A stretch of DNA of 64,000 bases from contig CABUPU010000004.1 in assembly GCA_902493595.1 (NCBI GenBank), positions 9,958-73,957 on the forward strand, read 5' to 3'. Below the pieces are notes generated by a model. It made no database searches. It saw nothing but the letters and a program-made list of their open reading frames with translations, and was not told where the DNA came from. The position numbers were made by a program, and so were the translations under genes. The stretch is from an uncultured Mycoplasma sp. (GTDB lineage Bacteria; Bacillota_I; Bacilli_A; RF39; UBA660). Positions 1 through 8,573 of the stretch are shown one piece after another; the stretch's first letter is position 1, and the number at the start of each line of letters is the position of its first letter.

Positions 1-1509
1 CATAGTAAGTTCATACTTAATATTAGATATATCTTGATATTCATCAATAATTATATAATCAAATAATAAATGAGTTTCACTTGTTAATTTTTCAATATAC
101 TTAACTGCATAGTATAATAAATCATCAAAATCAAAGTAATAATATTCTCCACCATAAAGTTTATTTGAATAATAATTATAAAAGTCTAAGAAGTATTTTG
201 CCTCAATCATAACATTTTGTTTTTCTTCACCTTTTAAAGTCATAATATATTTTTTTATAACTGTTTTATCCTCTCTATAAGCAGATGATTTTAAATATTT
301 AATACTTGAGTACATAAAATATTCAAATGGATATACTTGTGAAAGTGGATTTAGACGAAGAATATGTTCATATATTTCTTCATTAGTTCTTTCATTATAT
401 TCAACATTTAACTCTCTTAATTTGTTATCTAAAATTCTAACAATATTTGAAAGTGATGTTCTTTCAATTTCAATAAATTTATTATTATGCTCTTTATGGT
501 ATTTTTCTTTTTCTAATTTTATTTTATTATAGTTTTCATCCTCTAAGCCAAAGTATTCAATATATATTTTTTCACCAGCATAATCAATTGTAAAATCAGG
601 TTTATATATTAAATTATTTTCCATTAGTTCTGGATAAGCTTCTTCATAAGAATATGAAAGACCTCTTTTATAAAGAAAGTTTGCCATTACTGCTTCACCG
701 GCTGATTTAACATAGTCTCCATTTATAGATATAATATTTTCATCTTTCTGAAGTTGCCTTTCAATCCAAGATTTAATTAAATTTATAGTTCCTACAGTTT
801 TGGCTTCATTAAGTTTAACACTTACATAGTATTCTATAAGCTCATCATAAGTATTAAATTTTTGATAGTTATCAATAAAGAATTTGCTAAATACAAAGTT
901 TTTCATTTGTTTAACAGTATCAAAATTATTAATTATTTCAGTAATTTTATTTTTATCTAAATATAAGTTTTTAAAGTACTCTAAAAAGATTTCTCTTTTT
1001 TTATTTCTATCAAGTATAACGCATTTTCGATTATTAAATATTTCTCTAATGTATTCATAACCAAGTGAATGAAATGTTGTTACGTGTGCTGGGATATTAA
1101 AATCTAAGCAAATTCGTTTATCTAGTTCTTCAGTAGCTTTTCTTGTATAACTTAGTACTAATATTTTTTCTGGTAAAATATTTTTCTTTTCCACTAAATA
1201 TTTGACTTTTGATGCCATAGTGGTAGTTTTACCTGTACCTGCCCCAGCAATGATAAGACTATATTTTTCATCACTTAATATGGCTTTACACTGCTCTTTA
1301 TCAAGTTTTATATTAGGATCAATATCTTTATAGAAATTATCAAAGTAATCTTTATTTAACAAATATAACTTTTCTAATACAATGTCATTATAAGTATCAA
1401 TATTAAAGTTAGAGGGCACAGCACCACTATAATTTGCTAACACATTTAAATATAAATCATTTGAAATATATTCATGATTATTATATTTTTTTATAAACTC
1501 CTCTTTCAC
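1..1509 (-). CDS. UvrD/Rep/PcrA-family DNA helicase, 5' part only (C-terminus runs off the window start); putative GTG start
   Basis: My reverse-strand translation gives Walker A 'AGAGTGKTTTMASK' (around 1201-1260) and a helicase motif II-like 'IIIDEYQD'. RBS AGGTGG lies 4 nt upstream of a GTG. This ORF is absent from the supplied track because it runs off the window edge. Confidence 0.6.
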   Translation of the reverse strand, partial: MKEEFIKKYNNHEYISNDLYLNVLANYSGAVPSNFNIDTYNDIVLEKLYLLNKDYFDNFYKDIDPNIKLDKEQCKAILSDEKYSLIIAGAGTGKTTTMASKVKYLVEKKNILPEKILVLSYTRKATEELDKRICLDFNIPAHVTTFHSLGYEYIREIFNNRKCVILDRNKKREIFLEYFKNLYLDKNKITEIINNFDTVKQMKNFVFSKFFIDNYQKFNTYDELIEYYVSVKLNEAKTVGTINLIKSWIERQLQKDENIISINGDYVKSAGEAVMANFLYKRGLSYSYEEAYPELMENNLIYKPDFTIDYAGEKIYIEYFGLEDENYNKIKLEKEKYHKEHNNKFIEIERTSLSNIVRILDNKLRELNVEYNERTNEEIYEHILRLNPLSQVYPFEYFMYSSIKYLKSSAYREDKTVIKKYIMTLKGEEKQNVMIEAKYFLDFYNYYSNKLYGGEYYYFDFDDLLYYAVKYIEKLTSETHLLFDYIIIDEYQDISNIKYELTM

Positions 1510-1642
1510 ACTGCCACCTACTATAATAGTATTATAACAAAAATTAATTATTTTTTATAGTGAGTTTTATTTAGTTTAAATTTTTTGTAAATATTTTATA
1601 GTATTATATTAAAAAAATAGGATATTACTCCTATCTAATAAA

Positions 1643-2098
1643 TTATATAGCAAATACCATCCAAGGAATTATTAACATTAAACTTATTAATAAACACACT
1701 TTATAATCTTTTTTAAATAAGTTAATTATATCTAATGAAGAAAGTATTGAAATAATAACTAATATCATTTGAACAACAGTTATTATAGCGGATATTATAT
1801 GTGAATCATTAAAACCCTCGATGCAAAATATTCCATATATAAAGAATAAAATAATACTAATAATTCTTACTACTTTCTTACTTTTTTCTTCTTTTCTTAT
1901 TAATGATTTACCATTATTTTCAAAATATTTCTCTTCCATTTTGTTTTTATGTTTTAACTCTATTATTTCTTTTTTGTTTTTAGTTTTAGATTCTAATTTT
2001 TCTTTCCAATCATTTTCACGTGCATTTATGCCTTTTTCAATAAGGCTTTCTGCATCAGCCTCAACTTCAACTCCAATTTTTTTAAAATTAACTTTCAT
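1643..2098 (-). CDS. hypothetical membrane protein (charged N-terminal region, two C-terminal TM helices)
   Basis: 151-aa ORF with a hydrophobic C-terminal half; no family recognised. Confidence 0.35.
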   Translation of the reverse strand: MKVNFKKIGVEVEADAESLIEKGINARENDWKEKLESKTKNKKEIIELKHKNKMEEKYFENNGKSLIRKEEKSKKVVRIISIILFFIYGIFCIEGFNDSHIISAIITVVQMILVIISILSSLDIINLFKKDYKVCLLISLMLIIPWMVFAI

Positions 2099-2479
2099 AA
2101 ACTATTTCACCTCATTAAATACAATGTTTTTCTCGTAAACTTACATCATATTAATTATATCACGTATAATGTTAAACATAAAGATTTTATAACTATGCTA
2201 AAGGTGTATCAAAAATTGCTTAATAGTTCTAAAGCCCTTTAATATAAACAAAAATGAAAGTTTTAGTTCTCTTCAGGGGGCATGCTCTCTTCAGTTAGAA
2301 GAGGCCAAATTGTGTTAAACCCTTTAAATACGGGCCTTTTTATATTGGCATAAACCGTCATTTACCGTGGTTTTTAGTATTTTTTGTACCTAAATTGTAC
2401 CTAAAAAAGACAGTAGTTTTATTTCCACTGCCTTCTCGGATAATTTGATTATACCATTTTTATTGATTAATATCAATCG

Positions 2480-2836
2480 TTAAAAAGATCTGCTTCTATT
2501 AAAGATATATCCTACCAATATGCATGAGGCTACATATAAAACTATAAACATAATTATAAATACTGTTATGTTAGATATTAGATATCCTAATATTGTAATT
2601 AGTGCTGTAACATAACAATAACTTATTAAATAGCCAAAGCTTCCAAATGCAGGTTCATCTACTCCTTTGGTGTATCCACATCCAGTTAGTATATATGCAC
2701 AGGAATGCAAGATAGTACCACCAATAAATATGTTAAATAAGTCAGCATATACTTCACTACCTATTATATTTATATAAGGATTTGGTAGAACAAACTGTCT
2801 TATTAATGCACTAATCAAATGAATAAACTTATACAT
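2480..2836 (-). CDS. small polytopic membrane protein (3-4 TM), unknown function; translationally coupled to the upstream 886-aa gene
   Basis: 118 aa, strongly hydrophobic. There is a 2-nt gap to the stop of 2839..5499. A terminator hairpin plus U-run follows at ~2408-2440 on the minus strand. Confidence 0.5.
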   Translation of the reverse strand: MYKFIHLISALIRQFVLPNPYINIIGSEVYADLFNIFIGGTILHSCAYILTGCGYTKGVDEPAFGSFGYLISYCYVTALITILGYLISNITVFIIMFIVLYVASCILVGYIFNRSRSF

Positions 2837-2838
2837 TA

Positions 2839-5499
2839 TTATTCATCTCCTTCTTTTATAACAAACTTGTAGCATTTTGAATTTGGGATTTTTCTTATTG
2901 AAGGAGATATAAATAATTTAAAAACACAATTTCCTTTTAGATATTCTATTTGATCTTCAACACTTCCTTTTTCCTCTAACCATTTAGTGTTCTTTTGTAT
3001 TTCATTTCTTGCACTTGTATTTGTTGAACAGTCTATAAGGTCATAATATACTCCATTTAAATAAGTACCTGACTCTTTTATATCTGGTTCATACATATCA
3101 ACCCTTGGTAAATCTTTTTTCTTAATTAAATAGATATCTCTTGCTTTAGGTATTTTTATTAAATCAATCTTTCTATTATTTATATCGATAGTTTTATCGT
3201 CAAAATTATTTAAGTTTAAAATTCGCCAATTGGATGGGCTTGTAATAATTACATATTTTTCCTTTTCGTTCAAGCCATCTATATATTTTACAAAGTCTTC
3301 CTTAATAACCTCTGCTATACTATCTAATTTTTTTAAATAATCTTTTGAAATTCCAGTAAGTATAGCACGTCCATAATCCTTGGAAATATTATCTAATCCA
3401 TAAACCTCATCAAAAAATAATTCTCTTCCCATTATTTGATTAATTCCAAATAATCTTTTATTTCTTTTATTAATAATTGAATACTTATTATTATCTTTTA
3501 AATATGATGTCAATTCATTTCCATTTTCTATCTCCTTAAAAATAATTTTTTTGAAACTCTCAGTTTTTTCTGAACTTATTTTGTTATTCTTAATATATTC
3601 TGCTTCAGCTTTTTTACATTCTTCCACTATTTTTTCTAAAACACTTATTAAAGATGAATTGTTGAAATTAACATCTAATACTGCCTCTAGCTTACTTTTC
3701 TCATCTGACTTCACTATATCTAATAATCTTTCATAAAAATATTTATTATCCTTTGAAATCAATTCAGAATTTATATCATCTGAATTTGAATATCCTATAC
3801 CAAACACATAAATGAATTCTTTCAAAATAAATATGTCGTCAACATGAATTCCGGACCATGAATTCCTATATTCTTTATTCTCAAATCTAAAATCAAAATG
3901 ATAATATACATCATGGACATTAGAAATAAAATTGTAATATTTTTTAAAATATTCTATAGCTTCATTTTGACTATAAAAATCTACAAAATTACTCTTAACA
4001 TAATTTATTAGCTTCTTTAATTCATCTTTATCTTCTTCATTAAATACATCCTTATTTGATAGAATAATTAACCCATATATAAACCCAAACGAAAATTGAA
4101 TCTTAATAATATCGTATGAATCAGGTTCACCATCAATAAATCCATTATAATCAAAAATAACATTATTAAATAAATCATTAATAGACTTGAATTCTTTTTT
4201 TATTATTAAATCAAACAAGAAATTCATTAAATTTGATAGTAAAACATCATAATATATAGAATCACTATTCTCTTTTATAGAATAGTAATCATACCTAAAT
4301 AATGAATTAGTAAAATCATATGATGTCTTTCTAACATCATCAGTAATTTCTAACTGTTCAGTATAACAATAATAAATATAGTTACTTAAAAACCTGTATC
4401 TTTCATAATCCTCATTAGAATAAGCTAAACTAGCTAACGTGCTTAAAAAATTTGCTAACTCTTTATTTTTATGTATATCTTTATAATATTTAATATATAT
4501 TTTTCTTATATATTCATATGAAATATCTAATAAAGATCTCATATTATTTTTATATAAAAAATTATAAAAATTAAATAATCTACTATCAGAATCAAAATTA
4601 TCATCTATATTAGTTTCTGCTAAAGAAAATAAATCATTAATTATCAAGTTAATTTCATTATCAAGATATGGAATACTATCATTTAATAAACATGAATTTC
4701 TTATACTGTCTTCATAATTTATGATTTCGTTTTTGCAATAAGCAACTGTCACACCTCTATTTATTTTTTCTCCACCTTTTAGTTTAAGAATTATTAAAGG
4801 ATCTATATATACTATAAGTTCTTTTCTTCTTCTGTTTTCTTCTTCTATCTTATCTATTATCGCTTGTAATGATCTACAACTATATGATTTAAAGATTCCA
4901 CTTTTATTTGCTTTTATTGGAATATAATCATCAATATTTTCTACATCAAAAGAAAAATATTTTTTATTGTCTTTCACAAATTTATCTATAGATTCATTTT
5001 TCAATTTCTTTTTTGAATTTTTAATGTTTCTATTATGAATTTCTATAAGTCTTTTTTCAATATATTTATCATATTCAGCAGAAAAATAGTCACTATCAGT
5101 ATTAAGTTTGATAGCTATTCCAAAAAGTTTAATTGTCAACCAAATAGAACGACAAATAAAAATATTTAATAACAATTCTACTACAAAAAATAAAATTTTG
5201 AATAAATCTGCACATTCTTTATTATATGGTATTATCTCTTTTATGATGCATAGTGATAATATAAGGATTGAAAAAGTCATGATACCTTTCATTCTTGTTT
5301 TTTCTAAAACAAATCTTTTGTGTGTTTCAACCTTCTTATCATTCATCGTCTCTGCAATAAATATTATAATTGCTACTAATACTCCGACTATCCCAACAAA
5401 CGCATCTATTCTCACACTTCCATTTAAAGGTTCAAAAATATTTACGTTCATCCAAATAATAAAATTATAAACATTTTTCATAAATTCTTCTATATTCAT
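2839..5499 (-). CDS. large membrane-anchored protein of unknown function (N-terminal ~4 TM helices, ~750-aa soluble region with no recognisable catalytic motif)
   Basis: 886-aa ORF with its own -10 TATAAT and a strong RBS GGAGGTAAAAG-ATG. No Walker A and no classical nuclease motif. A possible Rx4H (RLIEIH) sits after the TM block. Confidence 0.5.
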   Translation of the reverse strand: MNIEEFMKNVYNFIIWMNVNIFEPLNGSVRIDAFVGIVGVLVAIIIFIAETMNDKKVETHKRFVLEKTRMKGIMTFSILILSLCIIKEIIPYNKECADLFKILFFVVELLLNIFICRSIWLTIKLFGIAIKLNTDSDYFSAEYDKYIEKRLIEIHNRNIKNSKKKLKNESIDKFVKDNKKYFSFDVENIDDYIPIKANKSGIFKSYSCRSLQAIIDKIEEENRRRKELIVYIDPLIILKLKGGEKINRGVTVAYCKNEIINYEDSIRNSCLLNDSIPYLDNEINLIINDLFSLAETNIDDNFDSDSRLFNFYNFLYKNNMRSLLDISYEYIRKIYIKYYKDIHKNKELANFLSTLASLAYSNEDYERYRFLSNYIYYCYTEQLEITDDVRKTSYDFTNSLFRYDYYSIKENSDSIYYDVLLSNLMNFLFDLIIKKEFKSINDLFNNVIFDYNGFIDGEPDSYDIIKIQFSFGFIYGLIILSNKDVFNEEDKDELKKLINYVKSNFVDFYSQNEAIEYFKKYYNFISNVHDVYYHFDFRFENKEYRNSWSGIHVDDIFILKEFIYVFGIGYSNSDDINSELISKDNKYFYERLLDIVKSDEKSKLEAVLDVNFNNSSLISVLEKIVEECKKAEAEYIKNNKISSEKTESFKKIIFKEIENGNELTSYLKDNNKYSIINKRNKRLFGINQIMGRELFFDEVYGLDNISKDYGRAILTGISKDYLKKLDSIAEVIKEDFVKYIDGLNEKEKYVIITSPSNWRILNLNNFDDKTIDINNRKIDLIKIPKARDIYLIKKKDLPRVDMYEPDIKESGTYLNGVYYDLIDCSTNTSARNEIQKNTKWLEEKGSVEDQIEYLKGNCVFKLFISPSIRKIPNSKCYKFVIKEGDE

Positions 5500-5636
5500 C
5501 TTTTACCTCCAATCAAAAAAAGAGCATATTCCATCTTAAAAATGAAACACACTCTATTATTTAATATATATTATAGCATTTTTTTATAATGTTTTAAATA
5601 ATTTTATATATTATTATGTAGTATATAGTTTTTTTA

Positions 5637-7082
5637 TTAAACTTGATTTATAAGATTAATTAGGCTATTAACTCTATTTAATATTTTTTCTTGTTCTTCA
5701 AATGGAGGCAAAGGAATATACATATTTTTTAAAATATCAAATGGTGGAATATTCTTTATAGCTGTTCCCTTACCTTTTTCATTTGCCTCTTTTTTTAATA
5801 CATAATCAAAATATAATAAGAAGAAGTCTCTATAATTATTATCAAATAAAGTGATTTTCATAAGTGCTTGATTAATAATACCTACTCTAGCTTCTTTTGG
5901 CATTACATATGTTTCGCCAATTGTTCCAGCACATGATACTATTATATCATTTGGTTCTACAGAAAAAGATTTCATAGATTCATATTTTTTTCTAGAAATA
6001 TAATAATCTCCCAATGTGTAATCTTTTTTTATTGCATTTTGCTGCTCATAAACTTTAATTGCATCTTCACTATATGGAATAAACATAGATTTAGTTAAAG
6101 AACTTCCAAAAGGGCCTTTTTTATATATACCTATATTACCCAATCTAACCCATATCCAATTTTGAGGAATAGAATATGGAACATTATTTGAATTTATTTC
6201 CATTACTTTTTTATCTTTCTTTAAATTATGTCCATTTCTAAATTCACTTTCTATTTTAAAAACATCAATTTGTTTATCTAATGGATTATTCTTTATTAAT
6301 TCACCGTGAATAGCTTTATCAAATATAAGTATTTTCAGTTTTTCTTTTAATTTTTGAACTCTACCAATACTCTTTTCCAATTCATTTATTAATTCAAATG
6401 TTTTATCAATCTTTTCACATAATTCTTTTTGATATTCAATATCAGGAATGCAAATTGGAGTATTAATAATTATTTCTCGAGATATATTAGGTTGTGCTCC
6501 TCCAATGCCCGCATTAATAAAATAATCCCTTAATGATAATAAATAATAAAATAAATATTTTGATTCTATACCATAATATATATTACAAGAACAACATGCT
6601 TGATTAGTAGTTAATTCAATTTCTGATATTCCTAGTTTTCCAATTGTTGCACCATACATAGCAATCATAACATCACCGGGATGAACAAATTTTAAAGAAC
6701 ACTCTTTTAATGCTTTTTCAGTAATTTTTTCTTCAGTATTATTTATATATCCATCATTGAGTTCACCAGTTTTAAGCCATGCTATAGTACCATTATTATA
6801 ATATTCTTCATTACTTCTCAATGGAGTTGCACCTGCACCCCAACTTCCAATATTTCCTAGTCTATCCCATACCCAATTTGTTGGAGATTTATATATTTTT
6901 TCATCATCAGTTATATCTTCATCTAATTTATCTTTCTTTATTTTTTTCTGATTAATGAGATCATTTCTTATTCCATCATATTTTTCTTTAATATCTGAAG
7001 ATAGCTGTTTTCCATCATTTGGTAATAATTGACCACTAAAGGCCATCTGAAGAATCTTTTTTCTTAGCTTACTTACATTCAT
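5637..7082 (-). CDS. hsdS: type I restriction-modification specificity subunit HsdS (two target-recognition domains)
   Basis: 481 aa with two repeated halves and conserved central and C-terminal coiled-coil spacer regions. It sits immediately downstream of hsdM. Confidence 0.8.
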   Translation of the reverse strand: MNVSKLRKKILQMAFSGQLLPNDGKQLSSDIKEKYDGIRNDLINQKKIKKDKLDEDITDDEKIYKSPTNWVWDRLGNIGSWGAGATPLRSNEEYYNNGTIAWLKTGELNDGYINNTEEKITEKALKECSLKFVHPGDVMIAMYGATIGKLGISEIELTTNQACCSCNIYYGIESKYLFYYLLSLRDYFINAGIGGAQPNISREIIINTPICIPDIEYQKELCEKIDKTFELINELEKSIGRVQKLKEKLKILIFDKAIHGELIKNNPLDKQIDVFKIESEFRNGHNLKKDKKVMEINSNNVPYSIPQNWIWVRLGNIGIYKKGPFGSSLTKSMFIPYSEDAIKVYEQQNAIKKDYTLGDYYISRKKYESMKSFSVEPNDIIVSCAGTIGETYVMPKEARVGIINQALMKITLFDNNYRDFFLLYFDYVLKKEANEKGKGTAIKNIPPFDILKNMYIPLPPFEEQEKILNRVNSLINLINQV

Positions 7083-7084
7083 AT

Positions 7085-8560
7085 TTATTCTCCATTAATC
7101 AACAAATCTAACTTTGATACAATATTTGTAATATTATTTGTTTCTTTTTGTATTTCACTAAATAATTCTTCAATTGTAATATCATCTAAATCATCATCAT
7201 CAGTTATCCATTTTATATCTAAATTAAACTTATTATTCTTAATGTCATCATATGAAAATTTTCTCCATCTTCCATTTGGATTTTCTTCTGACCAAGTTTC
7301 AGTTCTATCATGAATATTGTCTGGATTAAAACACTTAACAAAATCGTCTAAATCTTTATTTTTTATTGGCTTTTTCTTTAAAGTAAAATGCATCCCAGCT
7401 CTTAAATCATATATCCAAACTTCTTTTGTTTGTATTTCTTTAGACGCAGGTTTATTATCAAAAAATACGACATTTGCTTTCACTCCAGGTTTATAAAATA
7501 TGCCTGTTGGCAATCTTAAAATTGTGTGTAAATTGGTTGTTTCCATTAGTTTTTTTCTAATAATCAATCCTCCTGATCCTTCTTCAAATAATACATTATC
7601 AGGTAATACAACAGCTGCTTTTCCATTAATCTTTAACAAAGTATGAATATGTTGAACAAAATTAAATTGTTTATTAGAACTTGTAGTCCAAAAATCTTGT
7701 CTATTATAAACTAAATCCTCATCTTCTTGTTCTCCATCTTCATTTGTTATTGTTAAGGATGCTTTCTTACCAAATGGAGGATTAGTTAAAACATAGTCAA
7801 ATCTTTCACCTGGATCGGATAATAACGCATCATTTCTTGTTATTGGTGATTTACCATCAATGTCACTTATATTATGCATAAATAAATTCATTAAACATAA
7901 TCTATACGTACTTTGAACTATTTCCCATCCTCTAAAGGTACTATATTTTAAGAAATTTTTATCCTTTTCATTTAAATCATAATTATCCTCAATAAACTCT
8001 TTTGATAATAATAGAAAACCACCAGAACCACAACATGGATCTACTATGGTTTTATTTGGTTCAGGTCTTATGCATCTTACCATTGCATCAATAACTGGAC
8101 GAGGTGTGAAGTATTGACCTGCTCCACTTTTTGTATCTTCTGCAATTTTTTGAAGTAATCCTTCATAAATATCACCTTTAACATCTGAAGATAATGCAGT
8201 CCATGTTTCGCCGTCGATCATAGTAATTATTTTAGATAGCATTGCAGGAGTAGATATCTTATTTATTGCTCCTGAATATATTTCCCTTAACATACCATCT
8301 TGTTCTGATAATGACTCTAAAATGCCATTATAATATTTAAATAATTCTGCACCTTTTTTTGATTTTAATTCATCCCAACTGCAATTATCAGGTAACTTAA
8401 TTCCTTTTTCAAATGGTGGTTTATTATATTCATCTATCATTTTTAAAAATAATAAATATGTTAGTTGTTCAAGATAATCTTGATTGGAAACACCATCATT
8501 CATTAGGACAGTTGCCATGCTCCATACTTTTTTATTAATTGTTGAAGTTCCCTCACTCAT
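7085..8560 (-). CDS. hsdM: type I RM N6-adenine DNA methyltransferase HsdM
   Basis: N-terminal HsdM_N-like region, SAM motif 'DPCCGSGGFL' and catalytic 'NPPFG'. Confidence 0.9.
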   Translation of the reverse strand: MSEGTSTINKKVWSMATVLMNDGVSNQDYLEQLTYLLFLKMIDEYNKPPFEKGIKLPDNCSWDELKSKKGAELFKYYNGILESLSEQDGMLREIYSGAINKISTPAMLSKIITMIDGETWTALSSDVKGDIYEGLLQKIAEDTKSGAGQYFTPRPVIDAMVRCIRPEPNKTIVDPCCGSGGFLLLSKEFIEDNYDLNEKDKNFLKYSTFRGWEIVQSTYRLCLMNLFMHNISDIDGKSPITRNDALLSDPGERFDYVLTNPPFGKKASLTITNEDGEQEDEDLVYNRQDFWTTSSNKQFNFVQHIHTLLKINGKAAVVLPDNVLFEEGSGGLIIRKKLMETTNLHTILRLPTGIFYKPGVKANVVFFDNKPASKEIQTKEVWIYDLRAGMHFTLKKKPIKNKDLDDFVKCFNPDNIHDRTETWSEENPNGRWRKFSYDDIKNNKFNLDIKWITDDDDLDDITIEELFSEIQKETNNITNIVSKLDLLINGE

Positions 8561-8573
8561 TTTTTAAAACCTC

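Noticed and set aside
1821-2138. 105-aa plus-strand ORF antisense to the 151-aa membrane protein
   Set aside because: Antisense overlap within an AT-rich codon context; Phe/Leu/Ser-rich translation typical of noise.
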